From a bacterium (GTDB lineage Bacteria > RBG-13-61-14 > DATKZS01): 17,975 bases of DNA. The position numbers were made by a program, and so were the translations under genes. The DNA lies in NCBI GenBank assembly GCA_046484135.1, contig JAWOBU010000018.1, positions 1 to 17,975 of the forward strand, read 5' to 3'. Shown here piece after piece: positions 17,642 to 17,975 of this stretch. The notes beneath the pieces were generated by a model. The model was not told where the DNA came from. It did not search any database and saw only the letters and a list, made by a program, of their open reading frames with translations. Numbering within the stretch: the first letter of the stretch is position 1; each line of letters starts with the position of its first letter.

Positions 17642-17712
17642 ATCGAGTAGGAGGGGGCCTCACGGCCCCCGTCCTCTCACACCACCGGACGTACTCACCA
17701 TATCCGGCGGTT
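17642..17712 (-). ncRNA. Group II intron ribozyme domains V and VI
   Basis: DV: AACCGCCGGAUAUGGUGAGUACGUCCGGUGGU (17712-17681) with CGC triad and AC bulge. DVI: GAGAGGACGGGGGCC-GUGA-GGCCCCCUCCU-A-CUC with bulged A at 17648. Ends in AU. Confidence 0.92.
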
Positions 17713-17716
17713 TCTT

Positions 17717-17974
17717 CTACCGCTTCAACTCATGATACCTCATGGCGAGGCTTACGAGGCCGATCGGTTCGAACCAATCCTTTCCCATGGCTTTGTGGGC
17801 CTGCGGCGTGCAAGACAAACGCCACCAGCCTTTTCCGGAACCTCCCAGGCTGTACGCCCGGTCTTTGCTGATTCCTTGTCTCATCAGGAAGCGGGCCATC
17901 CCCCGGGCGCGTTTGCATTGCTTGAGCTTTACACACCTGAGTTTGCGCCGGACCCATCCGTCGAGTTTGTTCAA
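17717..17974 (-). CDS. ltrA: Group II intron reverse transcriptase/maturase, C-terminal domain X region (partial; 5' end outside window)
   Basis: LDGWVRRKLR..KLKQCK...GKGWWRLS.TP....AM...WF..IGLVSL..RY is the C-terminal pattern of class C intron-encoded proteins. No endonuclease domain follows. Confidence 0.9.
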   Translation of the reverse strand: MNKLDGWVRRKLRCVKLKQCKRARGMARFLMRQGISKDRAYSLGGSGKGWWRLSCTPQAHKAMGKDWFEPIGLVSLAMRYHELKR

Positions 17975-17975
17975 A

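Larger units (their letters stand above)
17642..17975 (-). mobile_element. Group II intron, class C (IIC), 3' part; continues beyond the window
   Basis: Maturase C-terminus followed directly by domain V, domain VI and the typical IIC end CCTACTCGAT at 17642. Confidence 0.93.

Noticed and set aside
17717..17974. RT fragment as part of a DGR, retron or defence RT
   Set aside because: It is followed directly by canonical group II intron DV/DVI, and no template/variable repeat pair was seen.

Overview
GC-rich bacterial chromosomal window, probably from a diderm organism (it encodes an outer-membrane beta-barrel protein). All credible genes lie on the minus strand. In transcription order (right to left): the 3' end of a class C (IIC) group II intron (maturase C-terminus, domains V and VI); a porin-like protein with an intrinsic terminator; a ~500-bp intergenic region packed with REP-like palindromes; a GT4 glycosyltransferase and two tandem membrane-anchored SGNH hydrolases; eno; mtnA; a DSD1-family PLP enzyme; an alpha/beta hydrolase; a znuACB-type metal ABC transporter; comM/yifB; a damaged addiction-module antitoxin/ParE-like toxin pair, fused in frame and cut where REP-like DNA begins; an isovaleryl-CoA-dehydrogenase-type acyl-CoA dehydrogenase; and an acyl-CoA ligase preceded by a 15-codon coupled mini-ORF. 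The genes are mostly housekeeping. The most unusual signals are the several REP-like element types, the fused and truncated TA module, the IIC intron and the mini-ORF. I see no clear evidence of a wholly new multi-gene system. All family assignments come from motif recognition, not database searches.
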